NCBI GenBank assembly: GCA_001600815.1
Contig: BCKZ01000009.1
Span: 522,194 to 586,193, forward strand
Direction of reading: 5' to 3'
Length of the DNA stretch: 64,000 nt
DNA from: Alloascoidea hylecoeti
Lineage: Eukaryota
In this document: piece after piece, positions 1-11,711 of the stretch
How positions within the stretch are numbered: position 1 is the stretch's first letter
Layout: each line of letters begins with the position of its first letter
Notes under the pieces: generated by a model
The model's input: the letters and a program-made list of their open reading frames with translations, nothing else
Told to the model about the DNA's origin: nothing
The model's database searches: none
Position numbers and translations under genes: made by a program

Positions 1-2634
1 AGGATAGTTTATTTTGAATATAACTTTTTCCAAATCTATCATCCATTAGAATAACGACTGCATAATCGTTTTTATGTCTAATAGCACGTCCAACACTTTG
101 ATTAACGGCCCGCATGCAAATATTTTCATAATAATCTCTACTAGCATTTTTGGCATCTGTTTGTGTACCACCAGATTTCAAAACTGACGTTTCAACAAAC
201 TTCCTTTTAGCTATTAGTTCTCCTGAAAATGCATTGGAAAATGGTAGTCCAATCATAATTACGGCTCTAGCTAATGTATCTGAAAAATTAATCCCTTCAG
301 ACATCTTACCGCCAACAACTGATAAGAGCAAAGCGCCCTGATTATCATTCATAGAAGATGATGCTTTCTCCGAATATTGTGTTAAAACCTGTGATAGTTT
401 TTCAGATCCTTGTGGTTCCATAAAAACTGGCTTCACTTTATTTAAATCATCCCAAATTGCTGTCACTTTCCACCTTGAAACAACTTGATTCAAATATTTG
501 TAACTAGGAAAGAATACTACAGCTCCGTTATGAATCTTTCTACAAAGTATAATAAGTGATTTTCCTAATTCATCAATCATTTCTTTGGAATTTCTTTTTG
601 CAAACGAAAATTCCAGTTCTAAGTCAGAAGATCCTCTTCCAATGGGAATAACCTTCAAATTATCTTTTGGAATAATGTGTCCACATCGAAATCTCTTAAT
701 TTGATTTGAAGGAATATAAGGAAATAAGTATCGCATATAATCATTAACCGGTTCCATTGTCCCGCCAGCTAATATCACACATCTTGCTTCTTCAATAATC
801 TCACGAAATACGAAACTAGGGTCAAGAAGCATATACTGTAAAGATATATTCTGACCAGAGTTATCAAAAAATATCTTTCCTTCGGAAGAAGGATTTGATA
901 ATGCATGTAAAAAGGCAGATATTTTGAAAAGTAAGGGTAATGATGAATTCTTTGGGGAATTTATTATATGATCATTTGGATTGTCCTTTATTTGCTTTAT
1001 TTTCTTTAATTTTTCTGAATATCTTTCTAACTTAAAAGCAATTTTTGATTTCTCCATATACTTTTCCAATTTATGAATATTTACTAAATCGGCAGTTGAA
1101 CCTTGAAAAATATCATTTGCTGTTATCTCAGTACCTGGTGCAGTATTTTGAGCATCTACTCTTGCTTTTATAAATGATTTTAAGAGTTTAATAAACTTTT
1201 TCAATTGTGATAAATAAATTCGATTATTATTATTGAATTTCTTCCAAAATTTTTGCATATAATGTTTTAAAGCTGTATCAATATCTAATAAATTACTTAG
1301 AGATACCGAACTTGAATTTAAAGAGGAAATTGTATCTAGAAGATTATGTGCTTCATCGATTATAATTATAGAAGATTTTAAATCAATGTTCAAGGCTGTT
1401 CGAGCCGACTTTGTAAGAAGAAGTTGATAAGGTAAGGTAATAATTTCAGCCGTTGATATCCCAGATCTAACGCTATAATAAGGGCATATAGTCAGTTCTT
1501 TTCCGATCGTTGTTAGATCCTCGATATCATGAACTTTCATGAAGGTTTTGTCCCTAAATTTAATAATATTATCTTGTGATGTATTATCGTACATTTTGGG
1601 AAAATATGGACAGGATTTATCCCCCGAATCTTTGTTTTGAAGATCTAAGCAGGCATCATTCATTAGCATAGCATCTTTTAGTTTTGCTACTTTTGAGTTA
1701 ATACATAATTGCTTCCTAGAGCCAAGTGGTAAAAACTTGGTCCTTTCATTTTCAATTTCACTAAACGTAGGTGGAAATGAAGTGAGTCGTAATTGACCTG
1801 AAAACTGACTAAGTTGTGAATGTGTTCTTGAGGCGAAATAAATTTTCAAATGACCATTATCGAGAGAATCTATTTTTGTAGTGGAAGAATCCTTCGGAGT
1901 ATCTAGAGCTTGTAATAAAAATAATACTTCCTGGGATATATTCCCATTTTTGCTATTTTCCGTGCCTTTATCATTTTCATCATCGCTGTAATAATCATCC
2001 AGCAAATAATCTTCATCATCTTCTGGGTTTGAAGGACCCGTTGTATTATATTTAAATCGTTTTTTATCTCGACGGAAAGAACTTGCTACAGTGTTTCCTT
2101 GTAATTGTATCTCTTCTGCTCTCTCGAGATGCGTTAAATGATTTTCATAGTCTATTAAAGCTGTTTGGGTATCTGATTTCTTTGACTCTAGATACGATTG
2201 CTTAACCCATTCCGGATCATCGTTGTCATCTTCAAGATCATCAACTATATCACAGAGACTATTTTCTTATTAAAGTTAGGCAAGAAAAGCATAAATGAAA
2301 AAATATATTTGTCCATACTTTTATGATCTCTTAGCCATGTCATAGAGCCACATATTAGCGATAATGTTTTCCCCTTTAGAAGAAAAAGTTTGTTAAAATT
2401 CTGGTATCCATGTTGAGGTTTAAATGTTGACATACAGTTCCTATAAGCAAATCAAGGTCAGTTTTTATAACGTTGGTATAACTGAGGGCAGTCTGACATA
2501 CCTGTCGGACTTTCAAACAAGCCTATTTTTTTACCATCTATGGTTTCATAGAGGGCCTTCATAAAATCCAGCTGGATGTCATATGGATCATAAGGATGGA
2601 AAAACTTAGCTCGGTCTGAATCGCATTTAGCCAT
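1..2634 (-). CDS. CHL1: Chl1/DDX11 Fe-S DNA helicase (3' end runs off window); exons 2634-2502, 2440-2436, 2373-2319, ~2265-<1
   Basis: Hand-spliced: [55 protein letters not shown]; downstream [63 protein letters not shown]. Missing from the ORF track because the long exon has no stop inside the window. Confidence 0.95.
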
Positions 2635-2653
2635 TTTTTTGCGTTGTATTTAT

Positions 2654-2669
2654 TTTCGCGTTTTTCGCG
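2654..2669 (-). promoter_or_regulatory. Two CGCGAAA (SCB/MCB-like G1/S) elements upstream of CHL1
   Basis: TTTCGCG at 2654-2660 and 2663-2669, 20-35 bp upstream of the CHL1 ATG. Confidence 0.5.
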
Positions 2670-2777
2670 ACGCAAACTTAGATGGGAAAAGGCAGTGTTT
2701 AAGGCACCATTTTTTACCCGGATCTGATCATGATGGCATTAACTGGCTGAAGCTTAAGCTTATGCAACTCTCCAACA

Positions 2778-4025
2778 ATGGGCTCTTCACCAGATTTTAT
2801 AAAGAGACCAGCCCCAGGGTTCTCGTTCACTGCCTGTGCCCGTGGGTTCCAGTTAGCACTATTAGGGGCTTATAGGGCTCTTCACAACCCTCAATTGAGC
2901 AAGAACAAGTACTACACGCAGGCTAAGATGGCTCTCAAGATATCTTTGATCATCCAATTGTCTCTGTGGTTGCCATTGTATCTGATGAAATGGACGATTG
3001 TTTTCATCCAGTTCTTGGTTTCTGTCACCAAGGAGGAGGGGGAGGAGGCTGATGTCAAGCGCGGTGCTAGCTCATTCTTAGAGATCCTTTCGTTCATTCA
3101 AAGTATTCTAAATGTTGGCTCATTCTTGATTAGTTCTATACGGTACTTTCGGCCCGAATTAGACGAAATGTTCTTAACTTCTTTGGATTTTGTCGACAGT
3201 GTTTATATTTCAAAACATCCTAAATCAAAAAGAAAATATCATCCTAATTTGGTCCGGAATCGCAACACTAAATGTAATAATACACCAGGCTTGGGCCTAA
3301 TTTCTAAGCTGATGAAAAGTTTAGGGGTGAAACAAAAGAATAGTAAGGGGTTTTCTAAATTTCTTGCTAATTATGTTAAAAGGACAGGGCTTTCTTTAGC
3401 CATCTTTGCCATCTCCCGTATTCCATATATTGGTCGATTTGTTCTAGCTGGAATTTCTTTCTACAATTTCAATGGTGTTGTCGGTACTACAGCAGCTGTT
3501 ACTGTGTTTGCTATTAGCCTAATGTTTCCGCCAAAATTCATTGTTATCTTCATTTCTAGTTTCTGGGGAGGACGTTCACTAATGCGAGATCTGCTCCAAC
3601 CTTATTTCTCTAGAGTGCCGTTTAATTCGGAACAACGTTCGCAATGGATCAAAGCTCGTGAAGGAATTTTATATGGATTTAGCTTCTGCTTTTATTTTCT
3701 GATGAAAATCCCTTTTGTAGGTGTTTTAATGTACGGTTTTGCAGAAGCTAGTTCAGCATATCTAATCTCAAAGGTCACTGAACCTATTCCCGAAACAGGG
3801 CCCCTGATTGAGAATTGGATTGAAGAGGAAGTCTTATGGACAAACAAAGCCCCAGAATTTGTGGAAACCACGGAGAATACTACTGCTATGGCTGGTCAGA
3901 GTAGTGTTTCTTCAGGTGCTTATGACAATACTTCTTCTAGTGCAATCCCAGGATCTTTCGGTATTTTCGATAACAATGTGGATATCAGAAAAAAAGATCT
4001 GATAATCCAACCGACTCAAAAGTAA
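2778..4025 (+). CDS. Conserved fungal multi-pass membrane protein, UsgS/EI24-like
   Basis: 415-aa ORF; RGFQLALLGAYRALHNPQL N-terminus and several hydrophobic segments resemble the fungal UsgS family as I recall it. Confidence 0.6.
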   Translation: MGSSPDFIKRPAPGFSFTACARGFQLALLGAYRALHNPQLSKNKYYTQAKMALKISLIIQLSLWLPLYLMKWTIVFIQFLVSVTKEEGEEADVKRGASSFLEILSFIQSILNVGSFLISSIRYFRPELDEMFLTSLDFVDSVYISKHPKSKRKYHPNLVRNRNTKCNNTPGLGLISKLMKSLGVKQKNSKGFSKFLANYVKRTGLSLAIFAISRIPYIGRFVLAGISFYNFNGVVGTTAAVTVFAISLMFPPKFIVIFISSFWGGRSLMRDLLQPYFSRVPFNSEQRSQWIKAREGILYGFSFCFYFLMKIPFVGVLMYGFAEASSAYLISKVTEPIPETGPLIENWIEEEVLWTNKAPEFVETTENTTAMAGQSSVSSGAYDNTSSSAIPGSFGIFDNNVDIRKKDLIIQPTQK

Positions 4026-4317
4026 AAAGAGATTTCTAGGTGTGTACATACTATAACACTGTTGCTACATCCTATGCCAACAATTGTATGTTCCTATTAC
4101 ATCACTTTTAGCTAGGGGGTTAGTGATAGAGGCATGAAACCATGGGTTAAATTAAATTCAGCATAGAAATGCATTCACAAATATATATAAACCACATATA
4201 TTTATTTACTATTATAAATATCTTGAATTAGGTAAAATTATAATACATAACATGATTCTATAGCACATTTTATAATTATCTAGCTAATTAAATGAGTTAA
4301 TTCTTAATCAATGTGAA

Positions 4318-6875
4318 TTATAATCGAGTTTCATAGCGTCCACCACAATATGGACACACCTCAAACGTTGACAGCAATGTTTTTGCCAACCAGCTCTTTG
4401 AAATATGACCCGAAATATCTTGATTATCATATTTATCGTTGTTAGACATGGGTGAGCTTTCTGGAATCAATTTAATAACCTTATTTCCACATGCATTGCA
4501 GGTTTTAATATTCATATCTAGTAATGGCAAAAGGGTGATTGAACAACGCTTCCATAAATGTCCCGAAGCAGATTTTAATGATAAATGTGACTTCTGGTTA
4601 GTAAAATCAAACGTTTCATTGCATATATCCGATTTTATTTCACACGAATAGGGATCAATAAATCCTCCAGAATCTGCCGAAAAGCAGAGAAAACTATTAA
4701 TAATAGCAGAATCGATCGATGAGAAAAACTTTCTAGTGAGAGGATATTTTTTGATAAAAGATAACACAACTTTTGCAATGCAATACAGTGTTCCGGTGAA
4801 ATCATCATTCGATGAAAGATAATTATGAAATCGGAGATTATTGAATCTTGGAGCTTGAAAAATGTAATGCTCGAGAGATTCTGATAATGCTTTAATGATG
4901 TGTTCAAGAGTAGGTGAATCTGCATTCATAATAATGTTGCTGTCATTGCTAACAGTATCCTCAATCGTTTTATTATCTTCTTTGAACCTTTCAAGTAAAG
5001 ATTCGAAGTATAGAGATCTAACGTCTTTTGCTAAGATCTTTCCTATGAAACTTATTTCGGTCGATATCGTTAAAGATGATCCTTCATATACTCCTGGTGA
5101 TTTGAGTGTTCTAGAGTTGGCGATGGCAAATAAGATTCGACATGAACTGTTAGCCATAATGGAATAATTTAGGGAATTGGGAGTATCGATCTTATATAAG
5201 AAAGCCGAAATTGATTTATGTGGACTTAGCGCCGAGCCATATATGGTTAATTGTGCGTCTTCTACGTCACTTGATGATTTCCAAGATGTGATTCGTTTTG
5301 TTAAAAGTTGACTTGGACCAGCAAATTCTTCCACTTGATCAAGCGTCTTATTTATTGTGTCGATTCGATATTTCGTAATGTTTCCATTTCTGTACACCAC
5401 CCGTAAAATTGTGTTTTCATCTTCCTCTAAAAATATAAGTAAGCTGGATATTGTTGACGATTCTGTTACTTTTGATGACAGTTTTTTGATATTTTCGGGA
5501 GAATAAATAATGAAAACATGTACTTCTGCTAATGTTGCAACTGAAACAATGTAAGGTGATGTCTCTTTCTATAAATATTATCATTAAATAAGGGTTTCGT
5601 TATTAGTAACAGTTCTATGCTCGAAAATAGAAGATAAATATTTCTTACCAATTGTTCACAGGACACGGTGAATATATCGAATCTTGATTTGGAAAGTAGA
5701 GTAATAGGTTCTTCAGTGATCTTCAATAAACCTTCTGAATATTGAATTGTTTGTAACTGCAAAGAATTATTTTTTGCGACTGCTAATAAGAATGAAATAT
5801 CTAGACAAATTAGTAAAACATATTAGTATAGTTTTATTAGAAAATCATAAATTCTAGAATAAATCATACAAGTTCCATTTATTAATTTCCACGTAGACCA
5901 ATATAGTTGTTTAATCCAATCAACCCCAGAAATCGGGACAGAAATTTCAAATTCCAAAGATTTATGATTCACTTTGAAAATACATATTTCATCATTTTCA
6001 TTTCCTACTGCCAAGAAAAGTTCAGACCAATTGCTATCCGAAAATCTCGAGGACCATGAAATTGCTTTTATATATAATTAGAGTCTGGTTTAATATTTTC
6101 AAAATTCATTCGGCAACTTAAAATTACTTACCATGTGTTCTAACTTTCTTTAAAATGTTGTTTGAAAAAGGTTGTTCAAAATCGAATTTCAAGTATTCTA
6201 GGAACCATCCCGTTAAATTGAATCTCTGAATTTCGGTAATTAGTTAGAGAAATATTTAAAATTTTAAGACTCTTGTTAATGCATACAATTTCCCATTTGG
6301 CGTTTTTTCCCATGCCATGCTTTTCTAGTATAAACACTTCCAACCGTTTTGTCAGAACAGCCAAGAAACAACTGAAACAATTAATATTTATTCGACATTC
6401 AAATTCCATAGTATGTTTACATACCCTCTATTCAAAGAAGACCCCGAATGAGACCACTCAATTGATGAAATTTCGTTTTCTTCTTGTTGAGTCGCGATAT
6501 TTGTATCCTGATATTTGTCACCTATTATTATTATTAGATACAGATCGATATCCATTTTACTTTTGCATTTATAGCTTACTTATAAAGTAATCAAACATGC
6601 TGGGCGAAATTTCAACACATGGGCATTTAATTTCTTCAAAAGCACTGGTTTTTGAGGACTTTTCACTAGTATTTATATTTTGTGCCAATGGATTCTTAAA
6701 ATTATAATAAATTTCAGTTAATACACATCTTTACTTCATACAATATAAGAAAATGCCTTACCAGTATAACAATTTGAGCAGCTGAAGCAAAGGCTAATTG
6801 CCCGTCTTCCGACCATTTTAAAGGATTGATTGTCTCAGTAGGACGCGCTCTATTTATCTTCACATCTGGAAGCAT
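4318..6875 (-). CDS. RNA polymerase III transcription factor TFIIIC subunit (Tfc8/Sfc9/TFIIIC90-like), multi-exon
   Basis: Exon 1 6875-6762 MLPDVKINRARPTETINPLKWSEDGQLAF; later exons give IEWSHSG...RGCFLAVLT (TFIIIC-delta N-terminal domain pattern); last exon ends WKRCSITLLPL...CNACG...CPYCGGRY (zf-TFIIIC pattern). Many short GT-AG introns; internal exon limits not all resolved. Confidence 0.8.
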
Positions 6876-6969
6876 CTTTTAATTTTTTCAGTACTCCTTT
6901 TTATTTATAACCAATGGGCTTTAACTGAATTGTTTAAAAGAATGGTATTTTTATTCTATGACACCATGA

Positions 6970-6979
6970 GGGTCGAACC
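6970..6979 (-). promoter_or_regulatory. Isolated B-box (GGTTCGACCC), candidate extra-TFIIIC site
   Basis: Matches the B-box consensus GTTCRANYC; no complete tRNA cloverleaf seen around it; about 95 bp upstream of the TFIIIC subunit ATG. Confidence 0.5.
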
Positions 6980-7045
6980 CCTACACCCGAGAAATTTGGT
7001 AAACATCCATACATCATTATAGGCTCCAAGGATCATACCGAAGGA

Positions 7046-7415
7046 ATCTGATTTGCGTCATTATGGTGATGTTCCACCACCAGTTATTCACAATGACAAT
7101 GAGTTTTTGCAAGCCAATGATCCAAGATACAACGATCTTTTAGCAGATGATTTACCAAAAACTGAATCATTCAAATTGGTTATTGAGCGTTTATCATCAT
7201 ACTGGGAATCTGATATCAAATCAGATATACTGTCAGGTAAAACTGTTTTAATTGGTCTTCATGGTGATTCATTATGTGCTTTGGTTAAAACTTTGGATAA
7301 AATTAGTGATGCTAACTTCGCTAACTTGAATTTTCCCACTGGTACTCCATTAGTTTATGAATTCGATGATGATTTAAAATAAATCAAACCATCCTATTAT
7401 TTAGATCTCGAAGCC
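7046..7415 (+). pseudogene. GPM1: Phosphoglycerate mutase (GPM1-like) 3' fragment
   Basis: DVPPP...DPRY...LPKTES...GKTVLI..HGDSL...PTGTPLVYEFDDDLK*IKPSYYLD: similarity continues through an in-frame stop; N-terminal RHG half absent; no ATG. Confidence 0.85.
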
Positions 7416-8183
7416 CCGCTGCAAGAACAAAAGAAATAGATTTACTCATGTTATATATTTAACTAAATGTATAAGAGTTATGAATTGATTATTCATTGAA
7501 AGATATGAATGGACATAATTAGTTCGAATTTTGATTACATGAATCATATATCTAACAGTATTTATAAATAGGAATGGTTAATTATGTAATTAGGCGTACC
7601 TCTTTTTCATATATTTAAATTTAAATATATACAGGCTTAAATCTAAAATATAAATGATATTGGTAGCGTGTCTATAGTATAATAATGCATTTGACAATTT
7701 AATACGATATTATTCTGATCAATATGAAAATTTGACTGATTTTCCAATCATAATATGATAGTTGCAATTGACTTCAGCATTTTCAATCTCTAACTTATTA
7801 TTCGTCTTTTAATAGTAGTTTGCAGTTTATTTTCAGTTTGATATATCGTTTTATGTGAGTTTGTTTCATGTGTGGTAATGTCTATCATAATCTGTTGGAG
7901 AGGCATTAATTTGGCAAATTCATTTTGTATCTTTAATCTGTAAATACAAAAGCAATGAATTCGGTAATTTGATTAACGACTTAAAAAAATAGATGCAGAA
8001 TCCATTAAATCGCCAACTTTAAATATAAAAAACGTTTAAATGAATTGATTTCAGAAGAAGACAATTGAGTTTTTTGCGATAGTAATGAGTTTGGCTTTGG
8101 GAGTGCTTTCTATATTTAATAACAAATTGTAACATTTCGGGTATGGTAATCGGCAATACTCAATTTTAATTATAAGTATTTTC

Positions 8184-10346
8184 TTAAATTAACCTCCGAT
8201 GTAAAATATCCTGAATCTTTTTTGATTTGTTTGAGTTTCTGGATTCCCAATTATCCACACTTGATTGTTTTTGTTTATTAATGGAAAACAGTTTCTTCGG
8301 ATTTAAATTAGTTATGAAGCTTGGTTCATGTTTCTCCCGTGATTCTTCTTCTGACTTCATCTCTATATGTGCAGGCTGAGGTTTGTACTTAAATCCATCA
8401 ATATAAGGAGATAATTTCTCAGGGCTTTTCTCTGTCCCTTTATGTATCTCTCGATAATCCATTTCAATTTCGCTCCATTGTGTTATTTCATTGTCTTGGA
8501 TTTGATTTGTATTCTCTTTTGTTATTTTATTTTCGTTGTCTTTTGGTGTTTTACTTTCTTTCATACTTATATATAAGCCTTTCGCGCCACCTGCCCGAGC
8601 AAAAATCAAACGTTGCTCATGGTTTCGATGAAGTCTAGCCATTTTAGCATTCTTCCTATATTTCATAGAGGATTTTTGTAATCTAGTTGGATGCTCCCGT
8701 TCTTTCTCCAAAATTAGCTTTGGCCTTTTGCTTTTTTCTTTCTCAATACTTGTTTTTGCTCCTAATTTTCTTGCGATGTATGCATTTTTTGATTCTAGCC
8801 GAAAATCAAAATAATCGCTAGTCCATTTTAGATTGTCTTTAATTTCACGCCATAATTTTGTTTCTTCCTCGTTCATTACATTTGATAGATGTAATGTTTC
8901 ATCATATTTCGTTTTCGTGTTTTTATCCAAGATCTTTGCTCTGATTCTTGCTCTTTCTAACCAATATAATATTGGCGGGTATATCGATGTGTTGTTTGTG
9001 TCCTGCATTAATTTGGCGTATAGCATTCTAATGACCGTACGCCAATTACGATGAAATCCTGTTTTAACGGCCGCTTTGATTAATTGATGATATATTCTAA
9101 CATTTAATCTCACCCCATAATGTTCATTTAGATACCAATAACAACCAAGTATTAAATCTGGGCGTTCTATTTTTGCAAAAACTTTAGCGAACATAAAAAG
9201 AGTGGAAGTTTTGGGATATAACTTTTTGTCCTTTTTGGCAACGCGTAGAACAAATTTCCATGCTTCCAAATACCTTTTTTCTTCTAATATAGCATCAGTG
9301 ACTTCATTTACTGTGCCAATAGAGAGCATTTCTCCGAATTGAGTTTCAGCAATTGACATTAGCTTTGTTGCGGGTAAATGTTTTTTTTCCTCGGTGATTA
9401 ATAAAGTTATTAAAGCAGGTAATATAGGAATTTCATTATACTCCATAACCTTTATAAGAATTGCTTGGGCGTATTTACCAGGTAAAATCCCAAAAATTAA
9501 TGTCCAAGTATATAAATCAGCTTTAACATTATGTCTTTTCATAAGAGAAAGAAAATGTAGTACAATTTCCAGTGGCTGTCTTGAATGTAATGACGATGAA
9601 TACAATCTCAGTGATAATAACATTGTATTATAAGACACTGTGTTCGGAGTCAAACCATCCTTTCGGATCTGCTGAAAAAATTCTCTAGCTGATGCTATGT
9701 CTTTACCTTTACGTTGAAAAAAGTATATTGCGCTGTTATAAGATTGAGTACTTCTGAAAGGAGCTGTTTCACTATTTTCCAAGGAAAATAATGATCGTAA
9801 TAAATGAGGGACCTTACCATGTATGGATGAAGCAGCTTTGTTCATATAGGTTGTGTGGGTTAGTTGATAGATGTAGTGTTCAAATTGTTTGATCGATTTC
9901 CATTCTTGCGGTATTGGAGGTATATCAGTAAATGTGTAATTTGGTAAAGATGGGCGAATTTGAGCCAATTGTGGTTGTTGTATTTCTTCTAGATTAGTAA
10001 TAGAAACCAATAGAGATATTGTCTTCTGAGTCAACTCAAAGTTCTCTCGGAATTTCTCAACATCAGTCAAACTTTTATCGTGTCTGTAATTAGCTACTGC
10101 TGTTACCTTGTTAAATGTTTTTACAGATGGGTCCAATCTCGCCGATCTCAATCCCTGTTTCTGGAGATATTCAGAAATCAGAAGTCTGTAATAGGTTGGT
10201 TCTTCGTAGGTTATTGTGTCTAGAGCTCTATTGTAAATGGTTTCTTCCTTCTTGATTGGAGAGGTCTGTATCCTTCTCATACAAGCTATCATTGACGGAT
10301 TTCTGAAAATCTCTACTTTCCATATCTGTGGCACAAATAGTTGCAT
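8184..10346 (-). CDS. AEP3: Mitochondrial pentatricopeptide-repeat protein, Aep3-like
   Basis: PPR motifs (RSTQSYNSAI, PNTVSYNTML, ADLYTWTLIF); DIPPIP...FEHYIYQLTH segment resembles Aep3. Confidence 0.65.
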   Translation of the reverse strand: MQLFVPQIWKVEIFRNPSMIACMRRIQTSPIKKEETIYNRALDTITYEEPTYYRLLISEYLQKQGLRSARLDPSVKTFNKVTAVANYRHDKSLTDVEKFRENFELTQKTISLLVSITNLEEIQQPQLAQIRPSLPNYTFTDIPPIPQEWKSIKQFEHYIYQLTHTTYMNKAASSIHGKVPHLLRSLFSLENSETAPFRSTQSYNSAIYFFQRKGKDIASAREFFQQIRKDGLTPNTVSYNTMLLSLRLYSSSLHSRQPLEIVLHFLSLMKRHNVKADLYTWTLIFGILPGKYAQAILIKVMEYNEIPILPALITLLITEEKKHLPATKLMSIAETQFGEMLSIGTVNEVTDAILEEKRYLEAWKFVLRVAKKDKKLYPKTSTLFMFAKVFAKIERPDLILGCYWYLNEHYGVRLNVRIYHQLIKAAVKTGFHRNWRTVIRMLYAKLMQDTNNTSIYPPILYWLERARIRAKILDKNTKTKYDETLHLSNVMNEEETKLWREIKDNLKWTSDYFDFRLESKNAYIARKLGAKTSIEKEKSKRPKLILEKEREHPTRLQKSSMKYRKNAKMARLHRNHEQRLIFARAGGAKGLYISMKESKTPKDNENKITKENTNQIQDNEITQWSEIEMDYREIHKGTEKSPEKLSPYIDGFKYKPQPAHIEMKSEEESREKHEPSFITNLNPKKLFSINKQKQSSVDNWESRNSNKSKKIQDILHRRLI

Positions 10347-10471
10347 TTATCTGACATTTAAGACTCGTGAAATTTTCACTATTCTACTAGAAAAGTATAT
10401 GGAAAGATTCAAGTGAAAAATTAAAGCTTCATATCATGTATGAAAAAATCGATTAGTCATACATAACATAA

Positions 10472-11503
10472 TCAAGCTATAATAATACCGTCTCTGGAGG
10501 GCAGGAATTTTCTTAAGGAAACACCACCATTCCGCAAAACATCAGCAGAACTTTGATCCATACTGTAACCCTGAGAATAAACGACCTCTTTTATGCCACA
10601 TTGAACGATTTTCACACTACAAGTTAAACAAGGGCACGTGTTACAATATATTACTCCGCCAGTCCCAATCCTCTCCCGTCCCGCCTCCAACAAGGCATTT
10701 TCCTCAGCGTGTAGACACAAACACGTAGATAATGCACCACCTGAACCATTTCCCGAGTTGCATCTTTCACAACCACCTTCGTTGCAATTAGATATCCCTC
10801 TTGGTGTACCATTATAACCAGTCGCAATAACACGGTTCTCCCTAACCAGCACGCATCCAACCCGTCGTTTCATACAATTGCTTCTGTGTGCAGCAAGATC
10901 TGCCAATTGCATAAAATATAAATCCCAGCTTGGTCTTAATCGAGCATTGTCCAGCAGATTCAAATCCCCAAGATGTTTATGTAACTCGGTCAAGTCATTG
11001 GATTTATTTATAAGCTTAACTTTTGAGTTATGAATAACGGTAGCAAGACCATTATATAGTAGTTCATCAGACAATTGGACAAATTCCTCAATCGGTATTG
11101 GGTGGTCTAAATTCTGTTCTTCTAATTTAAGATTATATCGCTGCCATCGTGTCAACACTGGGGCATCAACAGATATGTGTAAGAAAAAGGGCCGTTTGAG
11201 TAATGGTTCCAGCTGTTCCATTGTTGATATTCCAGCAATAACAAAGTTTTCTCTCCATCTGGGAGTAATGAATTCCACTATTTCAGAAACAGAAGAAAAG
11301 TATACGCTATTCACGTTGATATCAAAATTGTTACTAAGAGACGCGTTGTAATTATTCATAGTAGATATCTGGCTGATGAGGTGTTGATGTTCAAGATCCT
11401 TATTGGGATCTAGCCATATTATCCCAAAAGCCTTATCGTACGCAAGATATCTGAGGACCTCTTTTTTCCCGGAGCATATGGTACCAGATATTCCAATAAA
11501 CAT
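10472..11503 (-). CDS. DCD1: dCMP deaminase
   Basis: RPSWDLYFM, SNCMKRRVG, HAEENA, PCLTC zinc motifs; first ATG at 11503 (the ORF track starts at an upstream TTG). Confidence 0.95.
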   Translation of the reverse strand: MFIGISGTICSGKKEVLRYLAYDKAFGIIWLDPNKDLEHQHLISQISTMNNYNASLSNNFDINVNSVYFSSVSEIVEFITPRWRENFVIAGISTMEQLEPLLKRPFFLHISVDAPVLTRWQRYNLKLEEQNLDHPIPIEEFVQLSDELLYNGLATVIHNSKVKLINKSNDLTELHKHLGDLNLLDNARLRPSWDLYFMQLADLAAHRSNCMKRRVGCVLVRENRVIATGYNGTPRGISNCNEGGCERCNSGNGSGGALSTCLCLHAEENALLEAGRERIGTGGVIYCNTCPCLTCSVKIVQCGIKEVVYSQGYSMDQSSADVLRNGGVSLRKFLPSRDGIIIA

Positions 11504-11711
11504 GATGAGGCCAGTTTTCAAAAACAAAAAAGCTTCGGTTCGCGTTGCAATTGGGTGAACGGACGAAACGCATCACATGACCCGCCGAATAATATAATAT
11601 TGTCACCCGTAAAGTTAAAAATTGATGTGATTATATTATAGTTGAATTGGAATTAATTCTTTCTGGTGGATAAATGCCTCTTCTTCTTTCGATTTTCCGC
11701 CATTATCAAAT

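Noticed and set aside
6930..7040. Possible tRNA gene around GGTTCGACCC
   Set aside because: No convincing A-box, D-arm or acceptor-stem pairing found by eye; kept only as an isolated B-box
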